A DNA stretch of 58,450 bases, the filler included, from Sphacelaria rigidula (lineage: Eukaryota): assembly GCA_964200075.2 (NCBI GenBank). It is 3 parts of 3 records of this genome, joined end to end, with 100 filler letters (N's around TTAATTAATTAA, not from the genome) between each part and the next. Parts side by side here need not be neighbours in the genome. Positions count along the whole stretch, not along the records: positions 1 to 19,432 come from CAXNAA020000673.1; positions 19,533 to 38,956 come from CAXNAA020000674.1; 1 more part is not named here. The stretch is one strand, 5' to 3'. The notes under the pieces were generated by a model. The model saw nothing but the letters and a program-made list of their open reading frames with translations, did not search any database and had not been told where the DNA came from. How positions within the stretch are numbered: the stretch's first letter is position 1; each line of letters opens with the position of its first letter. Positions 11,772-24,729 of this stretch are shown here, one piece after another. Position numbers and translations under genes: made by a program.

Positions 11772-13953
11772 AGACAAGCTCAGAGTCACGCTGTCAGAGC
11801 TTCTTCTAGATTCGATGTCTCTTGCGAACACCGGGAGGCACCAGTCCAAAAAAATAGCTTAGAGATGAGAAGGGTCGAGCTGATTGATGAAGTGGGGCGT
11901 AGATTGTTCTCTCTTGAATTACATTGAGGCATTGTCATGTACATCGGGGCTAGGGGCTACAATACAAGCCTACGGGTCTACGAAAGACCGGGGGTCTACG
12001 GGCCTATGGAGGACTACTACCCACGGGTAATGGAAAATACCATGGAATCTGCGAAGAACACAATTCCGTATCATGGTCTCATGACACTGCCCGCCCATAC
12101 AAGCGTCTGAAACAGTTGCATCTAACATTGGGCCTCTGAATTTCGTCCATCCATCGCATATAGGGATCTCCGTGCGAATTCTCTCTGCAAAAATTATCGT
12201 GAAATACTAGAAAAAAGCACATATCATATTTTAGGGCAAAGCCCGTTTTTTCCTGTCTCAATGGAGAGGCGTTGCTTCTATCCGCTTGCTAGAAGCTACC
12301 ACGAGAAATGGTCGACAAACCAGACCGAGCGATGCCGTGTATCACTCATTCGATCGTCACAGTATTGCACAGCAGCAGCCGACTCCGACGCGATCCTTGT
12401 TCCTGGCGTTGTAGTTACACAAGAGGTGCCTTGCATCTCCGAGAATGGCATGTGGACTGCCTCTGTTCTCCGGAAAGTGACACCACACCTGCTGTTTGCG
12501 GCGAACCTTTTTTCAATTATTCCTCCATAGTCACCGGCTGTCCGTTCCACGAGCACCTTAGGGTCTCGTGGACGGAACCGAATTCGTCTGGTGCTTCAGG
12601 AGTCCCTGACTCCGTCAGTGGACCAGTCATGAGCGTTGAGAGTAAGCAAGAACCGTTTCACGCAAGCTTCGACGGATGGCCGCACTCTCATCAAAGCCTG
12701 GGTGATCCCTATGTGTGGAGCCTTCTGCTTTTATCTTCAGATAGGCGTGACGCTTTCAGCCACCCACTACGAGTCGCATCATTTGTAATGCCCACCGCTA
12801 CAGCATACATCGTCATAATAGCGATGACCTTCACTTCTCCCTCACCACGCTACCTGACAAGAGCTCGGTATACGCTGTCACCAACCTTTTCCCAAACGCA
12901 CACCACAGTGGACGTATCCCGCGATTACCAATCGCCATGTTCGAACGGTATACGTTCGACAGACATCACGAGGTCTTGATGAGGGTCAGATATCTCATCC
13001 TATGGAATAGGCCGCTCTAGACAGCGCAAAGACTTCACACTAGTCGGCGAAAAAGTTGTCATCAATACTTCGCGCCTCGAGAGATGCAGCACTGCTCTCT
13101 TACCTCATGAATAGATGCCTGATCTGGAAGATTGGCGAATGGGTAGGTGTTGACAACAGGTTTTCGACCATTCAGTGAGGGACCATGAAGCTGCCAACGA
13201 GACAATTTATCCCTGTTAATTGTCCTGAATTTCAGGGTTCATGAGGCCAATAGCGTTGGTACAAACATCAATGTTGTTGAACCTCGTTCGGCTTTCCTCC
13301 CGACACGTTTCTCTCCTGCTCCCGTGCGGAGCAAGACAAACGGATGGCCAGGTGTGCGGCTCACGAGTTGTTTTTTCACAACAGTTTGCTGCCCGCCGGG
13401 CTGAGGCGGACACCATCGCACGCAGTTCAATCCAACAAGACGCACACCGACCTTCGCGACGACGAAGTGCCCCTCAAAGAGACCGTGGCCCTTCGCGTCA
13501 CCGTGACACACACAGTTCGCGCTTGTGTGGCCGTCGTGATTCGCCCACTTCGAGTAATGAACTGGCCAGGTGCCGGCGGCAAACGCGAGTGCGCGCAACA
13601 CTGGTCCCCGCCAAAGAAGTACTTCCTCCCGCAATCACCAGGACACCGCTGATCGACACCAGTAGAGGGGGCTGAACCACGACAACTCCAGTCCTGACAG
13701 CTGCTTTCCAGCAAACGGCAGGAAGTTTCAGTCCAAGAGTAAAGCTCAGGGAAGATAAGTGAGGTCGAGTTTGGTGATCAAGTGGGGGAACAGCTGATGA
13801 TCTATGAATCACAACGAGACATTATTTCCGCTGGGATTACGGGCTAGCAAGCCTACGGGTCTACGAAAGCATGAAAAGCTACTATCCACGAGTTTGAGAA
13901 TAACAGTCTAATATATGTGATACATCCTGGTACCTCGTCATGGCCTCGTGTCA
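11772..13953 (-). mobile_element. Internally deleted Ty1/copia LTR element (5' LTR about 13680-13953, 3' LTR about 11772-12086)
   Basis: Two diverged direct repeats share caagcctacgggtctacgaaag and flanking homology; PBS-like tggttcagcccc after the 5' LTR; purine-rich tract before the 3' LTR; degraded RT and RNase H traces (about 12300-13000); no target duplication seen. Confidence 0.6.
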
Positions 13954-13989
13954 AGAAACGTTTGTTGGTCCCTTTAGACTGGACTCATG

Positions 13990-14262
13990 CTAATGAAGGC
14001 GTGGGTAGAAAGTGTGCGGGAAAAAATCCCGCGTTGTGCAGGTTTGTACAGCATGCACTCGAATGATTGAGCGTGAAAGGATCAGATTCGGCCCCAACAG
14101 TCATCGTGTGTGCATGACCATGCGAATAGCAACCAGAAAAATGTAACGAGAATCGAACGGTAGGAATATTGAAGAACACTGGCGAGGAAAAACTATGCCC
14201 AGGATTCGAACCGCAGTATTTGGCATTTGAAGGTGTTGTGGGCGCCGTATGAGCCGTACGTG
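13990..14262 (-). mobile_element. Possible degenerate tRNA-derived SINE
   Basis: B-box GGTTCGAATCC (14202-14212, minus) with an A-box-like CGGCTCATACGG upstream; no intact cloverleaf. Confidence 0.35.
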
Positions 14263-17200
14263 CGATAATCAATACAGTAAAAGAGAGAAACACCTGGCGA
14301 CAAAGTATTCCTGGGATCTTAGCTACAGTGTACAACGATTTCAAGTCCCTTGTGGACCATTGAGCCGTACGTGACAATCTTTGCCACGGTTTTTCCATGG
14401 TGTTTTTACCGAATAGTGAGGGTGTTCCACGGTATGTTTACGGTACGGTATTCGTGGCGCACGGTACCGCGGGAGAGATGGGTTGATCCCCTAAGACCAT
14501 GGACTCATCCCGAGGAAGGGGAGGGGTTCAAAGTGTGAGGAGAAAAAGAGAAAGAGAGACGGTGCTGTATGACGCGGTACGCGTGATGCACGGTACCAGG
14601 GATTGGCGTTGCAGATCGTAATGGGAACCATGGTTTTTCGATTTCGCGGGACGGTGCGGTACTGGAAGGGCACTCTCGTGCAGAACCACGGGAAAGGTTC
14701 CACCTCCTCAAAACCTCGCAGAAGTGGTGAACAGAAACAACTCCGAGCTCTCGAAATTCGGCAGCGGATATTTGTCGCCATAGTAGCTATCGTCCTCGCA
14801 ATAAGTTGACTCTCAGCCCGTTAGCACCTTGTCGATGCCTCATTCACCGCATTGTATCAGGCGCCGGTTTTTGATGCGTCCTTTTCCTATGGGATTTGCG
14901 GAGCTCTAAAGGGTTCCGACGGACTACGAGCTGATGGGCGCGCCAGGATCCAAATCGGCCCTGCGACGACATCACTCTCGGAGAGTTCGCGGGGGTCATG
15001 TACTCGCAAACCAAACCAACTTGTAATAGTATGGTCATGCCGGGACATACTTCCCCGCTACCGGCCGGACAAGTCCATGATGCCCTCCTCACCCACAAGC
15101 TACGGTCCGCCGCACATATGCCTGTCGTGCGGCATTGGAAAGTCTTCTCCATTATTATTATCGCGGGATGCATGGTGCATCTCGGTGTAGGATTCCTCGC
15201 GGAGTTGCCTCTAGTTCCGTAGTACGTACCCGTAACAAGGCCCGAAGGCCGTACACTCTCTCACGGGCGCGGGTGCCATGGTGTAGTAGACAACGACGTG
15301 ATTGGCCCAGTGTCACCCTTTTCCTCGCAGACACTGTCCATGTTTGACACCCTTTGTTCGGTGGAATTCACGTCGGTTGGCCGGGTCTGAATCACGGTCC
15401 GCACGCCCAAGCCTCGACCTGTGCGATGACTGAGATCATGCCGCTTTAATGTGCGCTGGTCGCTGAGGTCGTGGCGATCCCCGAGTACCAACGAATACAT
15501 CAACGAATACACGGGCGGGGTTGTGCGGTTTGAAGCCACCATGTTCGTGGCGACGGCCGGCGCGTGCTTCACGCGTATAGGAGCTATGGTTTGTGCAGGG
15601 AGAGGCTTTCGCCACTAGCGCCGGTTCATGCACCGTGGCAAAGTCATCGCACACGTGCTGATACTGTGGAAAAGAGGCGAAAATCGGTCTTCCGTGGTGC
15701 CGGCGGCCCGCTAGAGAAAATTAAGTCTAGCACGCGGCAGTGCAATACCGCTACTGACAAAAATGAGTTTTCGTTGGACCCGGTCTCAACGGTGGGGTTG
15801 GCGTTGTATTTTGTTCGCTGGCCTTCCCATTCCTCACGAGGGAAAGGAAAAGAAGAAAGGAAAAGAAAGATACAACTGCATGTTGGAAATGTTTTCGTCC
15901 ACACCCTCGATGCCACACCCCTTGACACCATGTCCACAGCACCGCAAGCGCCGAGTATCTTAGTCCCATCAACAAGGAGAGCATCATTACAGTGCAGTGC
16001 AATATCGGGGCTGTCCGCACCCTAACCTGCAGATGATATCCAGCAGTTGTGGTTCGTGGGTGATTTTTTATAACGGAAATCAACGCTCCCATCGCGACAA
16101 GAAAGATCGACAGATTTTGAATTATCAAGGTGCAAGAAAGAGATATCATGGCCTGGGTTCTCATCAACGATAATCCCTCAACCCGGAGGTCATAGTCAAC
16201 CCTCATCTCCCAATTTGCACACTAAACATCGCAAGCGTGACACCCAATATTCGACACCGAGTACTTTGCACTTTTGACTGTCCCAGACCCCGATCGCAAC
16301 AAGGCCAACATGAGTACAAGAAATGACTGCTGCCACCGAAAATTAGGGGAGTTATCACTTCATCTCAGCTTATCTTTCCAAAGGCTCAACGTAGCGCCTG
16401 CGATGAGTTGGGCAACCCACCGTCGCCTAGTTGCTGAATTGACCCCAATTCCGACAAGAACCCGCGACCATCGTGGTGAGTTTGCCACTACGTCAAACCG
16501 CCGAACATCAAAATGATTTCCGCTGCTACGCATCGAAGGCGCCAAGCCACGGACGCAACTCTCGATGGTGATGCCGCCCACGTTGCCCTCCCAGTCGTAG
16601 AACGCCCGACAACTACTGCACCCTGTGGCTATTACACTGAAGATGGCGACCTCAACTGAGGCGCCAATTGAAAATAGCCGGAAGCCTCACCTCGACATGG
16701 CCTTGTAAGTCCCTGCAGTTCCGATTTTCTGTCGACACGCGCGCGGACAACGCGGGTCTTACTTCGCAGGAGGCTCAACATTGGAGCATGACCCCCTGAA
16801 CCTTGCTGCTATACGTAGCTACCTACTTGCCACCAGTCATAGCTGGCGCCAATTGCCTGTTTGACTGCTCGTCGGTTTAACCCGCCGCTCCGGTCCCGAC
16901 ACCTACACCATCGCCTTCTTTTGCTCGTCGCCGCCTACTGCCTTCGGTTCCTCCGCCTCCATATCGGCTAGCGAGGGCCGGCTCATGATCGGATGCGCCG
17001 TTTTACCTCTTCTCCCGCCGGAACCGTGGGTCTGCCCTTGAGGTGCGACGAAAACGCAGCCGCTGTTTTCGCCTGCAGCACGACAAACGAGAAATTTCCA
17101 GTGCTCAGGTGGTGACGTTACGGTGGGCCCGGGTGGACGTTCATGTCTGACGACCCAGCAACTGGATGGCGGTGCTCAAGCTATTTCAACATTGATGAAT

Positions 17201-19432
17201 GGAACACACGGTGCGATCAGCGCCGTTCAAAACGGGATGAAATGTTACAATTCACATTTTCGGCACTGGTGATAAAATGCGCCAACAACTGCGGCACGGC
17301 CTCAGAACTGGCCAGTTGAGGCCGTGTAGATGTGCAGGTCATCTCTAGATCTGCAACGCGTACGTGGAATCTGCGGGCTACCTCTGCATTATACCGACAC
17401 TCTTTACATCAGCAGTGACTCGGAAAATCTGCAGTACTTTCAAACAACATGGTTTGTTCCCTCACCGTGTCCGTTGGGACCTTTTTCTCCCTCCTCTTCA
17501 TCGCCACTCTCCTCGTCGTCGAGACACTTCTATCTTTGGCGTGCGCACGCACTTTGCCGTCTGCTGGGGGTTGATGGTCTTTTCGATCTTGGACGCAAGT
17601 GAGGAAGCATGCATGATACCGTATTTCCAGACCAGGTGGACGGTGGCATCCATTGACCGGCAGTTTATGGCTGATGGACAAAAAGAAGTTATGCACTTCG
17701 TGTACCGCGTGCGCCGACCTGGTACGATGCAGGAAATATGTTGGAAAGCCATGTCGATCGCGCGCGGGTGTACCATGCGATGGATATCTCACGCTCTCAT
17801 GAGCTACATATACTGTCGCCGTCGGCCTAAAGCTCTTCAGGCTGTTTTTGGCACCCGATACTGCTCGCCGTTTGTCATCGCACTTGACGCACCCGTCGTG
17901 CGTCATTTACAAGCATGTGCTGTAGCACGAGACCCCACAGCACGCAGACTTTGTGGCTGCGTCGGTTTCTGTGTTTTCATTCATACGGGGCCATACACGG
18001 CCTCAACGTCGAGGCGTCGCCCTCCCGGCTGCCGCTCACGCTGTGCTGGGCTGGATATGCCATCGCCATAGAAATTTCTCCTCCCACGATTGCAGTGTTG
18101 CTTCACGCGAAGGTTGTGCATCGTTACACTGCATTCCCGGCATGGGATGGATCCGGAAGCTTGCCGTTCACGCAGCCCCTGGCTATGCTACACCTTCCCG
18201 GTAGTCACCACACGGTGCCGAGGTCGAAGAGAGCAACAACGATCAGGGCGTTTCTCACCGTACCCTGATTTTCCTGCACACACCTTCGGGACAATCATGC
18301 TCTGAGTATCACAGGCAACATCATCATCCGATGGAGCAGAACTCGTGAGCAGCACACCAATATCTCGCCAACATATGCGTTTTGGCGTTTTTGTGGAGGT
18401 TCACTTTGGTTTCGAGTTTGCTGTAGAGCTGTGATCTTGCGACATGAAGCCTCGCGAGCATGATGCGCGTAGGCGTATGGTCGACAGGTCCCTGGCTTTA
18501 TGCAGGCAACTCCAGGGCGACGGTGCATATATATTGCGTTTATCATCGCCTGTGATACAACGGCACCAGCTATCAACACGCCATCTGATTACAAACACGT
18601 GGGACTTGGCCTCTTTTTCATCGCCCGGTTGGTCGTCGGGCTTGCTGTAATGCTTCAATCCCGTGACGCCGTGCATCGCGAGAGATATGGTCTGCTGCGG
18701 CGTGTGGAATATCCGTGTGGCTTTTCGTCGTCGCTGTGACCAATCCATCAAATGCTATGCGATAAATGATCGGCTGCAGTTAACGTGCCGTGAAGTGAAG
18801 GCACCCCAAATGCCGTTATCGTTCAACGAAGATCCAGTGGAAACAATCAATCACTCCTGTATGTGCAAGCGCGTTCGTCAGAAGGATTTCACCACTGCAC
18901 TAAGCAGTTAGCGTTGACTGCTTGGTTTAGTGGTGAAATCCCTCTAACGCACAACAGGAGAGTTTTTGAGCCCGAAAGCCCTGTCGACGCAATCCTTCGG
19001 ATATCACCTCATTAACGCAGCAACTGACAAGATCCAGTGCCTTTACCGTCTTTCCTTGACTAAAGGGAAGAGTTTTCCTCGAAAATGGGAAAGAACGGAC
19101 ACACCGGGAATCAAGCTCGGGTCCAATTTTACGGAGGAGGGAAATCCACCAGTAGACCAAGCAGTCAGCATATTCGTTGACTCAGGCACAGGGTAGATGG
19201 TTTATATCGTTAATTAGAGAGACGCCAAGTAAAGCTGTAACTCGGGAGAGTGTAGAAGAACGGGAGAAACTGATGAGAGAAAGGCAACGGCCGTCTCTCT
19301 GCACTTCAACGGTGTAGCAAAACGCGCAATAAGAAATATCGAGACCCCCCCCCCCCCCATGGGAAAGTAATGAGCGCCAGAATGTTGGAGGTGTCTCTAT
19401 TAGGAGTAGGAACGGTGCTCCGTCTCGAAAGG

Positions 19433-19532
19433 NNNNNNNNNNNNNNNNNNNNNNNNNNNNNNNNNNNNNNNNNNNNTTAATTAATTAANNNNNNNNNNNN
19501 NNNNNNNNNNNNNNNNNNNNNNNNNNNNNNNN
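19433..19532. other. Scaffold gap with artificial spacer
   Basis: 44 N + TTAATTAATTAA + 44 N; an identical construct occurs at 38957-39056. Confidence 0.95.
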
Positions 19533-22500
19533 AACGCGAGGCAAGGGAGAATGCTGCAGCTGATGTGACACGGCTCCGGGGGCTCCTAGACGAGGCGAAT
19601 GCCAGGGCAGGAGCTGCAGAACAGGAGCTGGGTAAGTCACAAGAGGCAGCTAGGGTAGCAGAGGAAGCCGAGACTGCAACTGCAGCGAAGGCGGCGGCGG
19701 CGGCAGCTCGACTCGGCGCCGAGCTCGCGCAAGTCGAGGGCGAGCTTTCTCGAGCCAAGGCTTCCTTGTCGGCTCACCGCGAAGCTGCTGCAACCCAAAG
19801 TGCCTCTCAAACGGAAGAACTTGAGCGCATGGAGGAGGTTGCTCGTCAGGCGGAGGAGATCGCGCGCACGGCGGCAGCGGCAGCGGTTCAGCGGGCTGAG
19901 CGTGCACTTGCGGAGTCGGAGGCAAGCGCGATTGAAGCTAAAAACGCTTCACAGGTGACAGAGGATAAGCTGCGCTCTGCGCTGAAAGCTGCTGAAGGGG
20001 ATTTGACCGCTAGTACTGTAGCCTTGACTGCAGCCGTGGAGGCTAGGGACGCGGCTAACGTGAAACTTGAGGAAGCGTCGATGGAGAGGGCACAGTTGGC
20101 GTCTGAGCTATGTAGAGTTCGGACGAACCTGACGGCGCTGGAGACTCGAGCAGAGGTACATGCTAAGGTTAGCGCAGAGGATTTGTCTAGGCTTCAAACG
20201 CGCTTGGATGACACTCAAGTCCGAGAAACGAGGGCTCGACAGGGTGCGGAAGGACTACGTCAGACTGTTCGCACGATCGAGGAGGCTAAGGCAGCCCTCG
20301 GTGAGAGAGTGCGGAACCTGGAGAACGAACTGGTGCTAGCGAACAACGCCTTGTCAACGCACATCAAACGTGCCACTGCTGAGAGCACCAAGCAGTCAAA
20401 GGCGCTTGAGCGTGTGGAGAGCACTCTACGGGCAGAAAAGTCGACTAGAGATGCTGCGTTGCAGAAGGTGCAGCTTCTAGAGCAAGCTGTGTCCGAAGCA
20501 GAGGCCAATGCACTTGGAGCTAAACAAGACGCACGTGCTACTGAACAGGGTTTGCGCTCTCTTCTAGAAGCAGCGGATACAGACCTGAAGCATAAGTCGG
20601 ACGCCCTGACGATTGCCGAAGAGGAGAGAGATTACGCGGAGGTGGCTCGGGACGCAGCAAGAACGGAAGCATCAAACCTCGCGTCCGACTTGTCTGCACA
20701 TGAGGCGGCGGCACAAGCCGACGCCGAGAACACTGCCCGAGGCCAAGCTCGGGCGGCGGCAGCTGCAGCGGACGAGCTGTCTAGACTAGAGCGCCTTCTG
20801 GATGAGGCGCAGTCACGCGAAAAGGCAGCGAGAGACGAGCTTGCTGCATCCCAACAAGTCGTGGTGGCAGCCGAGGCGGCCATGACTGCTGCTACGACAA
20901 ATGCAGCATCGGAAGTGGCGGGGCTCAAATCGCAGTTGGCCAACGCCGAGAGCGAGCTCGCACAAGCCAGGACTTCTCTTTCCGCCCAGCGTGCAAGTGC
21001 TGCCGCACTGGGCGCGGCGCACACCGAAGCCTTCGAAGCTGTCGAGACGGCTGCTCACGAAGCGGAGTCTGCGGCACGAGCAGCGGCCGCGGCGGAGTTA
21101 CACCGCCTCGAAGGTGCCCTCTCGGACGCAGAAAAGGGTATTTCAGAGGCTAAGGCTGCCGCGGCGTCGACCGAGGCAGGACTCCGCGCCAAGTTGGAGG
21201 CCACCGAAAGGGAAGTTGAAATAAAAAACGATGCGCTGGCAGCGGCAGAGCAGGGTCAGAGGGCAGCAGATGTCGGACGGGACGAGGCCAAGGAAGAAAT
21301 GGAGAGGATCACGTCGGAGCTAAAAGACAGGCTTCGAGATGCGAAAGATCGGGCCGAAGCAATCGCACGGGAAACCAAGGAGAAATCAGAAATAGCGAAA
21401 GCGACACTGGGTTCGCGACTTGCCGCTGCAGATAGCATGTTGACGTCATCGAAGGCCCACGCGGAGGAGCTTGCGTTGGAGCTATCGACATCTTTGACCA
21501 AGGTTGACCAGCTCGAGTCACGACTTGCATCTGCCGAGGCAATCTGTCGAGAGAATGCGGAACGTTCCGAAGCTGCAAAGTTAGAAATGGGTGCGCGACT
21601 CGACGCGGCAGAAACTACTCTAGCATCGTCTAAGGCGCACGCCGAGGGCCTCGCCTCCGATTTAGCCATCGCTTCAGCTGAGGTTAACCGGCTCCAATTA
21701 CAACTCTCATCCGCAGAGCTAACCTCTCGGGAAAATGCGGAACGTTCCGAAGCTGCACAGTCCGCGCTGGGTTCACGACTCGCTGCGGCAGAGACTGCAC
21801 TAGCCTCGTCTAAGGCACACGCAGAGGGAGTTTCTTCCGATTTGGCCATTGCTTCGGCTGAGGTCGACAGCCTCCAATCGCGACTTGCATCTGCAGAGGC
21901 AATGTCTCGGGATAATGCCGAACATGAAGATGCCGTACGAGCGGCGGCGACGGAGTCCACAGCGGTGGTGGCTAGTGCGGCTGAGAAAACCCGGGAGAAG
22001 AGGCCTGGTGGCTCCGAAACCCCGTCTGCGGAGGAGACCCAACGCGTGATAAATACGCTGCGAGCAAAAGTGACCTCTCTGGAGGCAGAGCGGGTGGTGG
22101 CACAACAGGCCCGCGTGGCCGCTGAGAAAGAAACTTGGCGCTTGAACGACAACCTCCGCGCTGAGCTGCAGGTCGCAGGCAGGCGGGCAGTGGAGCTAGC
22201 AGCAGAACGGGACGGTGCCGTGGCCCGACTGGCGGCATTGGAGGCCGACGGTAGCCCAGGTGGCGGCGGCGATGGTGGTGACGGCTGCGATGGCGGCGAG
22301 CTCGAGCGGACCGTCCAGCAGAACGTAGTATTGTATCAGGGCGCCGACGCGATCGCGAACGAGTTGATCGAGACGGAAGGTCGGATAGCGGCCGCGGATG
22401 CGGCGCGCACGGCAGCTGAGCAAGAGCGCGACGAAGCGAAGTCGGCACTTTTGTCGGCGCTCGAGTCTTCTTTCGAGGTTGAAGACGAGCTTACCGCGCA

Positions 22501-22645
22501 GCGGCAGGGAGGCGCGCGGTTTTCCATGAAGGTGGAAGGATTGACGGAGGAGATTAGGGAGGCGGTCTCGGCAGGAGCGGAGGCTGTGGCCGAGGCGGTG
22601 AAGGAAAGACACGCTTTGCTGTCGTCATTCGACCGGCAAATCAAG
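19533..22645 (+). CDS. Giant coiled-coil protein, large exon (5' end in the gap)
   Basis: Open frame of more than 1030 codons, A/E/R/L-rich with heptad pattern; ends ATCAAG|gtaatt (phase 0). Confidence 0.9.
21407..21946 (+). repeat. Three 180-nt (60-aa) coding tandem repeats
   Basis: LGSRLAAA..L.SSKAHAE...RENAERSEAA units start at 21407, 21587 and 21767. Confidence 0.9.
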
Positions 22646-24729
22646 GTAATTTAACTAAAAACAGCAATATTATGTTGACCGCTCGGTTCTGACACAAATG
22701 TGTCGCTTACTCTGAGATAAAGGAGATCCCACAGCTCTACGGCAATGTGGTGCACGACTCTCTCGACCGCCTAATTATGGGCCTTGCGACGGGATCCCAC
22801 CCTAGGGTGGATTAAGCTTGCTTTGAAGTTGGTATAGTCTTCAATGACACATGCCTCTTGAGCTGCAGCCTTGTTGGTACGCTGTCCAGAGCCACACTTC
22901 TCTAATTCCCTTCCAAACCAGCATATAGTAGCAGCGCATGAACAAAAGCACTTCGTAATCATTTCAACTGGAGTACACGTATTAATGGTGGCGGCCGAAA
23001 ACACTTTAAAAAAACGGCCGAAATAATTCAGTACAAACGATCCAACTACCTGTTTGGATGATTTATTGCAGTACAAGCAGGTAGTTTCATCGTTCACTGC
23101 AAACAATTCGCACTAATAGATATGCGAACCGGGGGGGGGGTGTTAGCCTCCGAAAAGTGTCTAGGCTGTTCGACGGCGTCTTTTCGACCATAGACAACTT
23201 GTCTTCGCTTTCGTTTTTCCTAAACGGGTACGCTCGGTCTTGAAATGTATATTTTTCATGGCTAGATCGTGAGTTGAGGCGACGCCCTCCATAATCGGAG
23301 GCTGTAGGCACCTCCGAACCGCTGATAGGAAGGCGGGTACGAGCTCTTTTGTCAAGTCCTTTCAAAGCGTACCCTCAACACATGGAAAATGCTGTCATTA
23401 CACGGTTTATTTTTCTGAGCGCGGGACGTGCAGTGAACAGGAAGTTGTAAACTCCTAAATTCCGGTGTGAAAAAAACCACGCAAATACTTGGCACGATCT
23501 GCAGACGTCGCTGAGGAGGACTGGGTGGCGTGAGTCTGGCCCTCGCACGAGGCTCGCGCCCAACCCGCCGTCTTCAACGAAACGAAATGAAGAGAAGCCA
23601 CAGACGGAGAGGGCGTCTCAGCCGGTCTAACTGTGTCCAGCTACGTCCTCATGTTGATATGTAATGCACTCCGAGAACTCATCATGAATAAAAGGGGAAA
23701 AAAGCGTTGCCGTTTTTATGTTCAGCCGCACTGGGCACCCAAGCTAGAGAGCGCGACGTGTACTCCTACACACGACACCACGTGACTGTATCTCCCTCTC
23801 CTTTATCTTACTTGTGTTGAGTCTGTTGAGACCGCCGTGGTCGCCGTCCCGTCTGTACAGCATCCGTCCGCTGCGGCGAAAACTCCGCTTGTTCATTGGG
23901 ATATCATAGCAAGTCATCCCCCACGTGAATCAGGTGTTGCATTACATCCATTTCATTTGATGAATGAATGCAAGCCCGAGATGTTGCACTCTGCCGGTCG
24001 AATGCTCAATTGATTTTGTTGCCGGCAGGGAGAGTCACCCTCTGCAGACATTTGGTGTAATGTGATTCTGGGTGACCCTCATAAAATGAGGGAAGGAACA
24101 CGGAGGGGAGCGGGTGGGGCAAGAGAATACAACACTATCGTGAACAGTACTGCATTGTACGGTTTTGGGCTCGCACAACTGCACGGGCTACATCTCCATA
24201 CCGCTAACACAGCGTGGGCTGATACCTATTTCTTCAAGTGCTTATAGCCCTTTGACCGCCACGGTGAGTAACCTGGGTCTCACGTTTATTGTTCAAGTAA
24301 ACATTATGCCGATTCAGGAGGTGAAACAGTTGGACAGAATCCCAAGACTCTCTCCGACACACCGGCTGTCTGAACTTGAGGGAGGTCACATTACCACTTG
24401 GTAAAATGATTCTTTATACTGATTTTGAGATAACGCTAACCCTGACCCTAACCTTTAGCCTATCCCAACCAACGTACACGAGAACCCTCGGACGAGGGGG
24501 CTGCACAGTATTTCCCAGGCAAAGTGTGGCGTTGGTTGACCTCAACAACCTCAAATCGACGCCGATTAAGACAAAAAAACCACATCCGACGCACGCTAGG
24601 AGCGCACAATGGACCGCAAGCTCCAGCAAAGATGCTAATATCGGTGTTCACACTCAAATATAGTGAAGTCATTCTCCAAAAAGTCGTTCTACCACGTGGT
24701 CTCTACTGACTTGACATTACAATTGGTCG

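Noticed and set aside
16642..16704. Possible first exon MATSTEAPIENSRKPHLDMA with a gtaagt donor
   Set aside because: No homology or downstream partner exon to support it
19477..19488. Palindromic TTAATTAATTAA inside N runs (also 39001-39012)
   Set aside because: Artificial all-frame-stop spacer in scaffold gaps, not biological
21256..22644. Long minus-strand ORFs (298 aa and others), also 31916-33034 (372 aa)
   Set aside because: Antisense shadows of the GC-rich, Ala/Glu-biased coiled-coil exons
24432..24460. Telomere-like CCCTAA variants
   Set aside because: Only a few degenerate units; too short to call an interstitial telomere
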